Positions 36,186 through 46,670 of a DNA stretch of 64,000 bases are shown in pieces. Position 1 is the stretch's first letter, and each line of letters opens with the position of its first letter. A program made the position numbers and the translations under genes. Under the pieces are notes generated by a model. It did not search any database, was not told where the DNA came from, and worked only from the letters and a program-made list of their open reading frames with translations. The stretch comes from an uncultured Pseudomonadota bacterium (GTDB lineage Bacteria > Pseudomonadota > Alphaproteobacteria > Rs-D84), in the NCBI GenBank assembly GCA_902771695.1, contig CACXXP010000005.1:16944-80943 (forward strand), read 5' to 3'.

Positions 36186-38174
36186 TTACCACAAATGCAC
36201 CCGGTTTGCTGGGGCAATATACATTTTGTTTTCTGATTTGATATTAAATGCGTCGTACCATGCATCAATGTGTGGTAATATACCATTCACGCGATTTCTG
36301 TTTAATGAATGTTCATTTGTTTTTGTTTGGGCAATTTCTTGTTCGGGACGTAAATTGCCGGCCCATGCACCCGCATAAGCGATAAAGAACCGCATGTCTG
36401 GGGTTAAACCGTCAATGGTATCAGATTGTGTCCCAAAATTTTTATACGCCGTATATGATATGGTCACACCACCATAATCAGCCAAGTTTTCACCCAATGT
36501 AAATTCACCGTTCGCATTAATGCCCGGTGCAATTACAATTTTATTAAAGAATTCACGCATAACACTTGCGCGCTTTTCAAATTCATTTGCGTCCGTATCT
36601 GTCCACCAATCACGCATATTACCATCTTTATCAAAATGGCGACCAGAATCATCAAATCCATGTGTCATTTCATGACCAATAATGGCGCCAATTGCACCAT
36701 AATTAAATGCATCATCTGCATTCATATCAAAGAACGGATATTGCAATATTCCCGCCGGAAAACAAATTTCATTTGTTGATGGATCATAATAAGCGTTGAT
36801 TTCATGTGCGTTCATATACCAAAGTGTTGGGTCGTTTTCTTGACCAATTTTTTCCAACCAGAAATTATCTTCAAATTTTGCAACACGCAACATGTTTTCA
36901 AATAAACTTTCATTGTCTGATATTTTCAATTTGGAATAATCGCGCCATTTATCTGGGTATCCAATTTTTGCATTAAACGAATCTAATTTTTCAATTGCAC
37001 GGGCGCGTGTTGTATCGGACATCCAATCAACATGTTCAATACGCATTGTATATGCACGGCGCAGGTTTTTAACCAATTTTTGCATACGTTTTTTTGCAGA
37101 TTCTGGAAAATATTTTTTTACATACAAATGTCCAATTTCTTCGCCCAACGTGCCATTCAAAATACCAATTGCGCGTTTCCAACGTGGTTTCTTTTCTTTT
37201 TGGCCGGCAATGGTACGATTGAAAAAATCAAAAGATATATCGTATGTTTTATCATCTAATAATCCATCCGCCGCCAAAATCACGCAGTATTTTAGATAAT
37301 CTTTTATCAAATCTAAATCGGTATCATTTATTATTTTGATAGATTCTTTGATTGCGCTTGGTTGGGCAATATTTAAATATTCGGCGGCATTTGTGCCACG
37401 GGCATCAAAATATTTTTCCCAATCAAAACCACGATATTCTGCAATAAAATCTTTGCGCGACATTTTATGATAATTTGCATGCGGATCACGCAATACTTCC
37501 TTGGTAAAGAAAGATTTTGCCATGCGTTCTTCCAATGCGTATATTTTTTTTGCATCTGCGTTTACGCCAAAGTTTTTCAATTGGGCCGCAATAAATTCAA
37601 TATACTTTTTTCGTATGTTTTTTGTTTGTGCATCATCATCAAAATAATAATCACGCGATAAACCTGTGCCACCTTGGACAATGTTATACAGGAAATGGTC
37701 GCTGTCTTGTTCGTCCAATGCGACCGCATCGCCCCAGAATGATGAAAAGAACGCATGATTTTTCCCAAGGTATTCCGGTAATTCAGATTTGTTTTTTATC
37801 GCGTCTATTTCAGCAAAATATTTTAGAACGGGTTTTATCCCGTCATCATTTAATTTTTGTTCATCCATTGCAATTTTATACAATGTTCCAATTTTGCCAG
37901 TATCATTTTCAGCAATTTCACGAACACGCTTTAAATTGGTTTCTCTTAAAATCTCAATCGCGTCATATCGGGTATAATCATCGGGAATAGGGTGTGCACG
38001 GCGCCATCCCAATGTTGCATAGTCAAAAAAATCATCGCCTGGGACAATTGTCATATCCATATTTTCATATTTAATTCCCATATCCATTGTTTTTCCTTTT
38101 GTGTAAAAGCAAGTCAAAATTATAACAAAGATAACGCAAACTATTCCAATAATATTTAACCAAGTATGTCGCAT
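36186..38174 (-). CDS. M13 family zinc endopeptidase (PepO/neprilysin-like)
   Basis: INAYYDP, FPAGILQ, GHEMTHGFDD (HExxH), GENLADYGG. Confidence 0.95.
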   Translation of the reverse strand: MRHTWLNIIGIVCVIFVIILTCFYTKGKTMDMGIKYENMDMTIVPGDDFFDYATLGWRRAHPIPDDYTRYDAIEILRETNLKRVREIAENDTGKIGTLYKIAMDEQKLNDDGIKPVLKYFAEIDAIKNKSELPEYLGKNHAFFSSFWGDAVALDEQDSDHFLYNIVQGGTGLSRDYYFDDDAQTKNIRKKYIEFIAAQLKNFGVNADAKKIYALEERMAKSFFTKEVLRDPHANYHKMSRKDFIAEYRGFDWEKYFDARGTNAAEYLNIAQPSAIKESIKIINDTDLDLIKDYLKYCVILAADGLLDDKTYDISFDFFNRTIAGQKEKKPRWKRAIGILNGTLGEEIGHLYVKKYFPESAKKRMQKLVKNLRRAYTMRIEHVDWMSDTTRARAIEKLDSFNAKIGYPDKWRDYSKLKISDNESLFENMLRVAKFEDNFWLEKIGQENDPTLWYMNAHEINAYYDPSTNEICFPAGILQYPFFDMNADDAFNYGAIGAIIGHEMTHGFDDSGRHFDKDGNMRDWWTDTDANEFEKRASVMREFFNKIVIAPGINANGEFTLGENLADYGGVTISYTAYKNFGTQSDTIDGLTPDMRFFIAYAGAWAGNLRPEQEIAQTKTNEHSLNRNRVNGILPHIDAWYDAFNIKSENKMYIAPANRVHLW

Positions 38175-38175
38175 T

Positions 38176-39231
38176 TTATTTCACCAATTTTGTTATTAAA
38201 TCATCCAATATCAACAATCCGTTATCGGTTGCAGATATTCTGTTCCCATTGAACGTTAGCATATTCGGATGCGATTTTGCAAATTCTATATTCATGACAT
38301 GCAAAATATCATCGTCCAATAAAACCCCACGCTTTGTGCGCATGCCGGTTATAATTCGTTCAATTGCACGCATATCATTGGTCATTGGTTTTAATAATTT
38401 TTTCCCACCCAGTTCTTCATACCATGTGCCATTCATAAAAATACGCCCCGCCGCGCCATCGCCAATACCGATATATGCATCACCATCCCATACATTTTGA
38501 TTATGACGACATTCATGTCCAGGGGTGGCATAATTAGAAACTTCATATCGGGACAGTTTAAGATTTTCGGCAATCGCCATATACATTTCTGCCATAGTTT
38601 CATTTGGTGGCATATCCAGATTCATTCGCCCAAATGGTGTGTTTTCTTCAATGGTCAATTCATACATAGAACAATGCGAAATACCAAGATTGTTTATCAT
38701 TTTGCATGTTTTAATCACATCGTCTGCATTTTCACCAGGCAGCCCATATATAAAATCGCCAGAAACACGAATGCCGCTATTAAGACCCGCATTTATAAGG
38801 CGCAATGCATCATCTTTGGTATGAATTCGTCCCAAAAATTGTAATTTATTATCATCAAAAGATTGCACGCCGACCGATAACCGATTTACTCCTGCATCAC
38901 AAAATTCTTTTAATCTGGTTGTGGATAATGTTCCAGGATTAGATTCTAATGTTATTTCGGCATCTGTGACCAGATTAAAATTACCACGTATTTCATCTAT
39001 AATTCTTGCAAATATGTCAGTCGGTACTAGTGACGGTGTCCCCCCACCGAAAAAAATTGTTGGAACGGTTATTTTTCCAAGCATATCACCAAAATATCTG
39101 ATTTCTGTTATAATTTTACGGGCATATTCATCCCAGTCCGGATTGGCACATGCGCGTGAAAAAAATGCACAATATTGGCATTTTTTGATGCAAAACGGGA
39201 CATGAATATAGATATTGTGGGACATTGTCAT
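38176..39231 (-). CDS. hemW: Radical SAM heme chaperone HemW (HemN-like)
   Basis: IYIHVPFCIKKCQYCAF (CxxxCxxC), FFGGGTPS, NRLSVGVQSF, YEVSNYA. Confidence 0.9.
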   Translation of the reverse strand: MTMSHNIYIHVPFCIKKCQYCAFFSRACANPDWDEYARKIITEIRYFGDMLGKITVPTIFFGGGTPSLVPTDIFARIIDEIRGNFNLVTDAEITLESNPGTLSTTRLKEFCDAGVNRLSVGVQSFDDNKLQFLGRIHTKDDALRLINAGLNSGIRVSGDFIYGLPGENADDVIKTCKMINNLGISHCSMYELTIEENTPFGRMNLDMPPNETMAEMYMAIAENLKLSRYEVSNYATPGHECRHNQNVWDGDAYIGIGDGAAGRIFMNGTWYEELGGKKLLKPMTNDMRAIERIITGMRTKRGVLLDDDILHVMNIEFAKSHPNMLTFNGNRISATDNGLLILDDLITKLVK

Positions 39232-39323
39232 AATTTGCATCATACAACCCATATATTTGGATGCAAGTTATAAAGTGCTTTTTATCAAACCAAAATTGTG
39301 ATATAATATGCCAAAGAATGGGG

Positions 39324-40847
39324 ATGAGAAAGGGATTAGTTTCTTTATTATCGTTGACCTTGGTTCATTTTGCGGCCTTTGGCGCGAATGAAGGGGTGCC
39401 GGTATACTATCAAGAAATTGAAGCAGCCAATTCAAATCAGATGAATTATGGTGGATATGCTAACAAGGGATACACCAAATATATCGGAAATTCTGGACGG
39501 AAACAGGTTGTCGGAACCCGCACATACAGTTATACCAACGAACGTACGAACACCTATATTGACCCGATGTCTTATCAAGATGGTCTGACATACGCCGGTG
39601 CAAGTGGAATGACCGTTAATGGTGTTGCAAATTCCCCAGAAATAGATCATAAAACCCATGTATATGCCAACTATACACGCAGATTTGCAGATTTTGAATT
39701 TAAAACTGGTGTGAATTCAATCTTGGAATGGGATGATATGGTGTTCAATGAAATAACTGTTGGGGCGCGCCATAATTTTTCACTGCGTAATTTTGATATG
39801 TTCGCATTTGGAGAATATTCATTCGGTGAAATGGAAAGTGGCGGATTATCCATGGATTATGATTTGGAACCATATGATTGGTCAGACCCGTCATACGGTA
39901 TATTCACAATTTCTATGGGTAATCAAAGTGGTAAAACCCAACATTTACGTTTGGGAATCGGTGCGCATCATATTTGGGACATTGGTGGTTGGAAATTATC
40001 GCCAATTATTGGTTATGAAATATTCAAACACGATTTGAAAATGTCGGATCATTTATATCCGAACCAGGGAGTTTATTTGCCGTTGATGACGAACCAGGGT
40101 GAATATGTATATGGTGATGAACAGGGCAATTATTATTCAATGCCCATAGATGTTGTGCCACCGGATACCTGGTACCAGGTATGTATGGGCCCCGAAGATA
40201 TCAAGGTTGTTGAACAAAACGGAACGTCCAGTGGTTATGTCACCGCGTTGGGTGAATATTTGACAACAACGGATTATAATTCTGCGATGGGTGATATTCC
40301 ATGGGGGGTATACGAAGGTGATTGCGTTATAATCGGTGGCGATGGTCCGATTAAGGTTGGTGGTGTGACCCATATTTACAACACTACGTGGAGTGGTTTT
40401 TACTTTGGATTGGAAGTAGAAAAGCAAATGACATTGGCAGATAAACTGCGTTTCTATGTCCAATTCAGTTTGCCAAATTATTCGTCCGAAGGTATTTGGC
40501 CTAATCGTACTGATTGGCAACAGAACCCAAGTTTCCTTGACGAAGGTAGCAATGGCGCATATGCATATGCGGCAGAAATGGAATATAACATGCGTTTGTC
40601 ATCGCGTCTGCAATTGGCGTTAAAGGTTGATACGAATTTCTTCCATGTTGGTAATATCCCAGGAAAACTTTACATTGCCGAATATACCGACTTTGTGTAT
40701 GACGAAGAAGGTCAATATATGTTGGATGAATATGGGTTGCCATATTTGGAAACGGTTCCGGCACATACAGAACATGTTAGTGATTCTCTGAAACAGGCCA
40801 ATTGGCAATCATTTGGATTACATATCGGTGTTAAATACGCATTTTAA
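39324..40847 (+). CDS. Outer membrane beta-barrel protein, omptin-like
   Basis: Signal peptide; SILEWDD..., SMDYD, alternating beta-strands, C-terminal GLHIGVKYAF. Confidence 0.6.
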   Translation: MRKGLVSLLSLTLVHFAAFGANEGVPVYYQEIEAANSNQMNYGGYANKGYTKYIGNSGRKQVVGTRTYSYTNERTNTYIDPMSYQDGLTYAGASGMTVNGVANSPEIDHKTHVYANYTRRFADFEFKTGVNSILEWDDMVFNEITVGARHNFSLRNFDMFAFGEYSFGEMESGGLSMDYDLEPYDWSDPSYGIFTISMGNQSGKTQHLRLGIGAHHIWDIGGWKLSPIIGYEIFKHDLKMSDHLYPNQGVYLPLMTNQGEYVYGDEQGNYYSMPIDVVPPDTWYQVCMGPEDIKVVEQNGTSSGYVTALGEYLTTTDYNSAMGDIPWGVYEGDCVIIGGDGPIKVGGVTHIYNTTWSGFYFGLEVEKQMTLADKLRFYVQFSLPNYSSEGIWPNRTDWQQNPSFLDEGSNGAYAYAAEMEYNMRLSSRLQLALKVDTNFFHVGNIPGKLYIAEYTDFVYDEEGQYMLDEYGLPYLETVPAHTEHVSDSLKQANWQSFGLHIGVKYAF

Positions 40848-40859
40848 CGGGGGAACGTG

Positions 40860-41897
40860 ATGCAACGTGCATGCTCTTTTTTTGCACTTTTATCTACATT
40901 GTTTTTTTGTGTTGGGGGTTTTGCCGAAGAGTGTAAATTTAATACAGAACGTTGGGATTCAATATTGTCGGATGTTCGGGCACGTGCATCGGCCAAAGGT
41001 ATATCCGAAGAAACAATAAATGCAACATTACGTAATCCGGCGTTTATACCGTCTATTGTAAAAAGCGACAAAAACCAATCGGAATTCAAATTAAGTTTGG
41101 ATGCGTATCTGAACAGAACTGTTAATTCAACGCGTGTTGCACATGGACATCAAATGCACGGAAAATATCCAACATTGTTGTCGCGTATTGATAATACGTA
41201 CGGTATACCACCACATGTAATATTGGCATTTTGGGGAATGGAATCAAATTATGGCGAAGTCAAAGCCAGACACCGTTTGGTTGATGCATTCTTTACATTG
41301 ATGTATGACGGTCGTCGTGAAAAGTTTTTTGGTGAACAATTACTTGCACTGATGAAAATTGCCGATGATAATGAATTGGATATAAATAACATTCGGGGCA
41401 GTTGGGCCGGTGCCATGGGACATTTCCAGTTTATACCGACAACACTTGCAACATACGGTGTTGATGGTAATGGTGATTCACATGTTGATATTATCAACAG
41501 CATCGGTGATGCGATGGCCAGTGCGGGAAATTATTTGAATAAACTTGGGTGGAATAAAAACGAACGTATTGTACGTCGTGTTGTGTTACCTGGAAATTTT
41601 GATACAGGTTTACTAGATGGCAAAACCAAAAAGACACTGACTGAATGGGCCCAAAAGGGTATATTAAATCCAGATGGCACCCCGATTCCATCGGGTAACA
41701 TGGTTGCCGGTCTGGTTGCAGATGTGGCGAATTTGCCGGATTCGTCTGCGGATGATTTTAACCCAGATACAGATGTTGCGCCAAAACCCGTAATAACCGC
41801 ATATTTAACATATCCAAATTTTTATCGCATCAAGAAATGGAATAATTCTAATTGGTATGCAATTGCGATTGCAGAATTGGCGGACAGATTGAAATAA
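40860..41897 (+). CDS. Lytic murein transglycosylase (MltB/SLT_2 family)
   Basis: AFWGMESNYG (catalytic Glu), GSWAGAMGHFQFIPT, DGNGDSHVD, IKKWNNSNWYA. Confidence 0.93.
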   Translation: MQRACSFFALLSTLFFCVGGFAEECKFNTERWDSILSDVRARASAKGISEETINATLRNPAFIPSIVKSDKNQSEFKLSLDAYLNRTVNSTRVAHGHQMHGKYPTLLSRIDNTYGIPPHVILAFWGMESNYGEVKARHRLVDAFFTLMYDGRREKFFGEQLLALMKIADDNELDINNIRGSWAGAMGHFQFIPTTLATYGVDGNGDSHVDIINSIGDAMASAGNYLNKLGWNKNERIVRRVVLPGNFDTGLLDGKTKKTLTEWAQKGILNPDGTPIPSGNMVAGLVADVANLPDSSADDFNPDTDVAPKPVITAYLTYPNFYRIKKWNNSNWYAIAIAELADRLK

Positions 41898-41996
41898 AAA
41901 ATTACCAAAAATATGACAAAAATAAAAATATTGCACCGGCTTGCAATGTTTGGTATCCTATCCTTGTAATTGAAAAAATATTCAAGGGTTATAGAT

Positions 41997-42950
41997 ATGG
42001 CTATTAAGGTTCGTGATTTTGAGGTTCGGCTTACACGCAATAAAGAAGAACGCCGTTTGGTGCGTCGGTTGCGTTATGATGTTTTCGTCACCGAAGAAGG
42101 TGCATCTGCAACCCCAGAACAGCATGAATTGCAAGAAGAATTTGATTCTTTTGATAAATATGCTGACTATATGGCGGTGTTTCATGATGGCAAAATTGTT
42201 GGTGCGTATCGTATTATTGATAAAAAGGCCGCCGATAAAATGGGCGGGTTTTACACCGAAACAGAATTTAATATTTCCAAGATAAAAAAAGCATCTGATA
42301 ATATTGCCGAAATGTCACGCGCATGCGTGGCCCAGGAATACCGTGAAAATGCGTTGGTAATGCGTATGTTGTGGGCGGGACTTAGTGAATATGTATTGCG
42401 TCGTCAAATTGCGGTATTATTTGGTGTTGCATCATGGACTGGGGTAAAACCTGTGGAATCGGCCCAGGCAATATCATACCTGTATTATAATTATTTGTCG
42501 CCTGTGCGTCTGCGGGCACGTGTTATCCCAGAAAAGTTTGCCGAAGGTGCAGATCCACGCATGGCAAAAATGAATATATTGCCACGTGCATTCGTTGATG
42601 AAGAAAAGGCAAAAAAACAAATGACGCCACTTATCAAGGGGTATTTGCGTATGGGTGCGACATTTGGTCAGGGCGTATTTATTGATAAACCGTTTAATAC
42701 ATACGATGTGTTCGTTATGTTGCAAACAAAAAATATGGATGCCGCATATCAAAAGCATTTTTATGGTCGTGAAAACGCACTGGAACATTTGGATGTAAAA
42801 CCACGGCCTTTGCACACATTGGGAAAAATAATGCTAAAGCCAATAACTGGTTCATTAAATATGTTAGGGGCGTTCTTTGAATTCTTGTTGCGTGAAGATG
42901 CCGCCGATGCAGAATTTATTGATGAAGTTCCAGAATCAGACGAGGAATAA
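41997..42950 (+). CDS. olsB: GNAT-fold N-acyltransferase, OlsB-like (ornithine/amino-acid lipid synthesis)
   Basis: RLRYDVF, GFYTETEF, EMSRACV..YR, PLIKGYLRMGA, DKPFNTYDVF. Confidence 0.75.
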   Translation: MAIKVRDFEVRLTRNKEERRLVRRLRYDVFVTEEGASATPEQHELQEEFDSFDKYADYMAVFHDGKIVGAYRIIDKKAADKMGGFYTETEFNISKIKKASDNIAEMSRACVAQEYRENALVMRMLWAGLSEYVLRRQIAVLFGVASWTGVKPVESAQAISYLYYNYLSPVRLRARVIPEKFAEGADPRMAKMNILPRAFVDEEKAKKQMTPLIKGYLRMGATFGQGVFIDKPFNTYDVFVMLQTKNMDAAYQKHFYGRENALEHLDVKPRPLHTLGKIMLKPITGSLNMLGAFFEFLLREDAADAEFIDEVPESDEE

Positions 42951-42959
42951 TTATATAAA

Positions 42960-43781
42960 ATGGCAACGGTCAGAAAACAAAATCTTTTTAATACAATAAC
43001 TGGTTCACTGCGATTTGCGGCATTTTGGATAATGGTTGTTGCGCAATTGCCAATAATTATACTGTTACCAAAACGCAAAAAGATAACCGTTAAATATATG
43101 GCTGTATTTATGAAGATTCTGTTGATATTGGCCAGTATCAAGATTGTGAAACATGGACAAATATCAAAAAAACGTCCTTTGTTGGTTGCAGGTAATCATA
43201 TATCAGTATTTGAAATTGCAACTTTCCCTGTGATGTTCGGGGGCAGTTTTATTTCCAAGAACGATGTTCGCCATTGGCCGTTGGTCGGATACATTGCAAA
43301 CAAATTTGGGGTGGTGTTCATTGACCGCCGTCCTTCGCATGCACTGGATGCGTTAAAATTAGTTCAAGATGAAATAGCCAAAATTTCATACCCATTGTAT
43401 ATTTTCCCCGAAGGAACAACAACAAACGGTGCATATGTGAAAGAATTTAAAAGCAGTTTGTTCAATGTTGCCGAAGGTACAGATGTCACGCTGCAACCTG
43501 TGGTGACACAATATTGTTTCCATGATGGCACACCGATTGATGAAGAAAATTTGGCCGAACATTTTGCGTACTTTGATAATGCAAAGCAGACCCAGGGACC
43601 AAAGTGTTCACGTGAACGCAGCGCGTTTGGTCAAATTTTTCATGTAATGGTTTTGGGTGGATTTACCGTAAATGTGTATATGTTGCCGCCGCCGCCTTTG
43701 GCGGGTAAAGACAGAAAAGAAATGGCAAATGCTATGCACAAAATTATTTCAGATAAATATACGGAAATTCAGAAAAGGTAA
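42960..43781 (+). CDS. Lysophospholipid acyltransferase family protein (OlsA/PlsC-like)
   Basis: GNHISVFE, FISKNDVRHWPLVG, FIDR, IFPEGTTTNG; directly after olsB. Confidence 0.85.
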   Translation: MATVRKQNLFNTITGSLRFAAFWIMVVAQLPIIILLPKRKKITVKYMAVFMKILLILASIKIVKHGQISKKRPLLVAGNHISVFEIATFPVMFGGSFISKNDVRHWPLVGYIANKFGVVFIDRRPSHALDALKLVQDEIAKISYPLYIFPEGTTTNGAYVKEFKSSLFNVAEGTDVTLQPVVTQYCFHDGTPIDEENLAEHFAYFDNAKQTQGPKCSRERSAFGQIFHVMVLGGFTVNVYMLPPPPLAGKDRKEMANAMHKIISDKYTEIQKR

Positions 43782-43786
43782 TCAAA

Positions 43787-45070
43787 ATGAAAATAGAAAA
43801 TTTATGTGTAAGACGCTTGATTGGTGATGTATCAGGCGCAACGACACGTGGTCATAAAATTGCAATTAAGGGTGGTTATATCCATCAAACATTTCAGGGT
43901 GGTTATACACTTTCACCATTGGGTTGGCGCGTCGTTAAAAATATAGAAAACATCATTCGTGAAGAGATGAATGCCATTGACGGTCAAGAAATCTTGATGC
44001 CGGTTGTCTGTGGGGCGGATCTGTGGCGCCAAAGTGGTCGTTATGACACCATAGATTCTTTGGTAAAATTTACCGGGCGTAACGGAACAGATTATGTCAT
44101 TAGCCCAACGCACGAAGAAATCGTTGTTGATTTTGTCAGCAGTGTTTTGGAAACATATCGCCAAATGCCTTTTATGGTATATCAAATTCAGGGCAAATTT
44201 CGTGATGAATTACGCGCACGGGCCGGGCTTGTGCGGACACGCGAATTCATTATGAAAGATGCGTATTCGTTCCATGAAACGTGGGCGAATTTAGAAAAAT
44301 ATTATCAACGCTGTTGGGCCGCGTATAACAAATTGTTCCGCAGGTGCGGATTAAAAAACTTTGTTATAGTTGAATCATCAACCGGCGATATGGGCGGCAA
44401 GATTGCACACGAATTCCAACTTATAACCGATATGGGTGAAGATACAATTTTCATCTGTGATGAATGCGGATACAAATGCAACAAAGAATTGGTAGATAAT
44501 GAAACCGCGATATGTCCAAAATGTGGTGCAAAAATGCGCGTCGTTCGTGGAATAGAGATTGGCAATATTTTCCAATTGGGGACATTCTATTCTAAATCAA
44601 TGAACCTGACATATACCGCATCAGATGGAACACAAAAACATCCAATTATGGGATGCTATGGAATTGGTGTCGGGCGCGCCATGGCCGCAATATTAGAAGA
44701 AAGTTCTGATGATAATGGTCCGGTATGGAATATGGAAACGGCGCCTTTTGCGGTTCATGTAATCGGCCTTAATGGCAAAGACATGCGCGTGATGGAATTG
44801 GCACAACGTATTCACGATGATTTGGTCGCAAATGGCATAGAAACCATATTGGATAATCGTGATATTCGTGCCGGTGAAAAATTCGCAGATGCTGATTTAA
44901 TTGCCGCACCAATTCGGTTGATTGTGTCCGACAAAAACATAAAAGAAAATGTGATAGAGGTTAAATATCGTGTTAACGATTTTGATACATCCAACATGCC
45001 AAACCAATTTGGTGTATCAGATTTTCTGACGAAAGTAAAAGATACAATATGTACGTTGGCGCATAAATAG
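43787..45070 (+). CDS. proS: Proline-tRNA ligase, bacterial type, short form (no INS editing domain)
   Basis: PTHEE, KFRDELRARAGLVRTREFIMKDAYSFH, GIEIGNIFQLG, MGCYGIGVGR, anticodon-binding domain. Confidence 0.9.
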   Translation: MKIENLCVRRLIGDVSGATTRGHKIAIKGGYIHQTFQGGYTLSPLGWRVVKNIENIIREEMNAIDGQEILMPVVCGADLWRQSGRYDTIDSLVKFTGRNGTDYVISPTHEEIVVDFVSSVLETYRQMPFMVYQIQGKFRDELRARAGLVRTREFIMKDAYSFHETWANLEKYYQRCWAAYNKLFRRCGLKNFVIVESSTGDMGGKIAHEFQLITDMGEDTIFICDECGYKCNKELVDNETAICPKCGAKMRVVRGIEIGNIFQLGTFYSKSMNLTYTASDGTQKHPIMGCYGIGVGRAMAAILEESSDDNGPVWNMETAPFAVHVIGLNGKDMRVMELAQRIHDDLVANGIETILDNRDIRAGEKFADADLIAAPIRLIVSDKNIKENVIEVKYRVNDFDTSNMPNQFGVSDFLTKVKDTICTLAHK

Positions 45071-45071
45071 G

Positions 45072-45096
45072 AAATGGGGCAAACGCCCTATTTTTT
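45072..45096 (+). terminator. Terminator between the two proS genes
   Basis: ATGGGGC-aaac-GCCCTAT then T tract. Confidence 0.6.
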
Positions 45097-45161
45097 ATAA
45101 TACTTGTTTTATGCTTTTTTTACGTGTATGATATGTGGCATGAATTAACAAAGGATATAAA

Positions 45162-46601
45162 ATGAAGACAGCAATAACACCAACCAGAGCGGAAAATTTC
45201 AGTGAGTGGTATCAAAATCTTATCGTTGCAGCCGATTTGGCAGAAAATGCCCCTGTGCGTGGTTGTATGACGATAAAGCCATATGGTTGGGCAATTTGGG
45301 AATTGATGCGTGATGAAATGGATAAGCGTATTAAGGCATCTGGTGTACAAAATGCGAATTTCCCATTGCTGATTCCAATTGAATTCTTCAATAAAGAGGC
45401 CGAACATGTCGCAGGATTTGCCAAAGAAGCCGCGGTTGTCACACATTATCGTTTGAAAATGATAGATGGCAAATTACAACCAGACCCAGAATCAAAACTT
45501 ACCGAACCATACATTATCCGTCCAACATCTGAAACCATTATTGGCGAAGCAATGTCGCGTTGGGTGCAATCTTATCGTGATTTGCCATTAAAATTGAATC
45601 AGTGGGTAAATGTTATGCGTTGGGAAATGCGTCCACGTATGTTCTTGCGCACATCCGAATTTAATTGGCAAGAAGGTCATAATGTTTTTGCAACGCATGA
45701 AGATGCAAACGAAGATGCGCGTAAAATGCATAAAATGTATGGTGATTATATGCGCGATGTCTTGGCAATTCCATGCATTATGGGTGAAAAAACCCCCGAA
45801 GAAAGATTTGCAGGGGCCGACCATACATATACGGTTGAACAAATCATGCAGGACGGCAAGGCATTACAGGCCGGAACATCACATGATTTAGGGCAACATT
45901 TTGCAAAATCTTTTGGAATTCAATATTTGGGGACCGATGGAAAATTGACGCATGCATGGACAACATCTTGGGGAACATCAACGCGTATGATGGGCGGATT
46001 GTTGATGACACACAGTGATGACGATGGGCTGATTTTGCCCCCGGCTGTTGCCCCACACCAAGTCGTGATTATTCCAATTACACGTGGTGACGAAGATACA
46101 TCCGCATGGAAAGCATTTACAGATAACCTGGAATCACAATTGCGGGAACGTGGTATTCGTGTGTTGACCGATAATTCTGATATGCGCAGTGCCGATAAAA
46201 TGTGGAAATGGATTAAACGTGGTGTGCCGTTGCGTGTAGAGGTTGGCGCACGTGAATTTGAAACCAGCACCGTCACAATAACACGTCGTGATTTGGGCAA
46301 ATCGTCCAAAGAAACAGTATCCGTTGTTGATTTTGGTGAATTGGTTGCGGCGAAATTAGATGCAATTCAACGTGATATGTATATTGCCGCCGCTGAACGT
46401 AATAAAACGATGATTCATGATGTAAAAACTTTGGCCGAACTAGAATCCGCATTGGCGGACGGCAAGGTCGGATTTTTCCGTATTAAATATAATGAAACAC
46501 AAAATGAAAAGTTTGATGGACTGATTGAAAAATACAAAATTTCACGTCGTTGTTTGGATGACAGTGATCCAAGTTTTGTATTTGTTGCAAAATCGTATTA
46601 A
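45162..46601 (+). CDS. proS: Proline-tRNA ligase, archaeal/eukaryote type
   Basis: FSEWYQ, GCMTIKPYGWAIWE, RPTSET, LPLKLNQWVNVMRWE, FLRTSEFNWQEGH, SWGTSTR, C-terminal AKSY. Confidence 0.95.
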   Translation: MKTAITPTRAENFSEWYQNLIVAADLAENAPVRGCMTIKPYGWAIWELMRDEMDKRIKASGVQNANFPLLIPIEFFNKEAEHVAGFAKEAAVVTHYRLKMIDGKLQPDPESKLTEPYIIRPTSETIIGEAMSRWVQSYRDLPLKLNQWVNVMRWEMRPRMFLRTSEFNWQEGHNVFATHEDANEDARKMHKMYGDYMRDVLAIPCIMGEKTPEERFAGADHTYTVEQIMQDGKALQAGTSHDLGQHFAKSFGIQYLGTDGKLTHAWTTSWGTSTRMMGGLLMTHSDDDGLILPPAVAPHQVVIIPITRGDEDTSAWKAFTDNLESQLRERGIRVLTDNSDMRSADKMWKWIKRGVPLRVEVGAREFETSTVTITRRDLGKSSKETVSVVDFGELVAAKLDAIQRDMYIAAAERNKTMIHDVKTLAELESALADGKVGFFRIKYNETQNEKFDGLIEKYKISRRCLDDSDPSFVFVAKSY

Positions 46602-46622
46602 ATATGAGTGTAATTAATTATT

Positions 46623-46653
46623 AAAAACGGATGCTTTCACATCCGTTTTTTTT
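46623..46653. terminator. Hairpin A upstream of orphan gene
   Basis: AAAAACGGATG-ctttca-CATCCGTTTTTTTT. Confidence 0.75.
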
Positions 46654-46670
46654 GCAATTGGTAATAAAAT

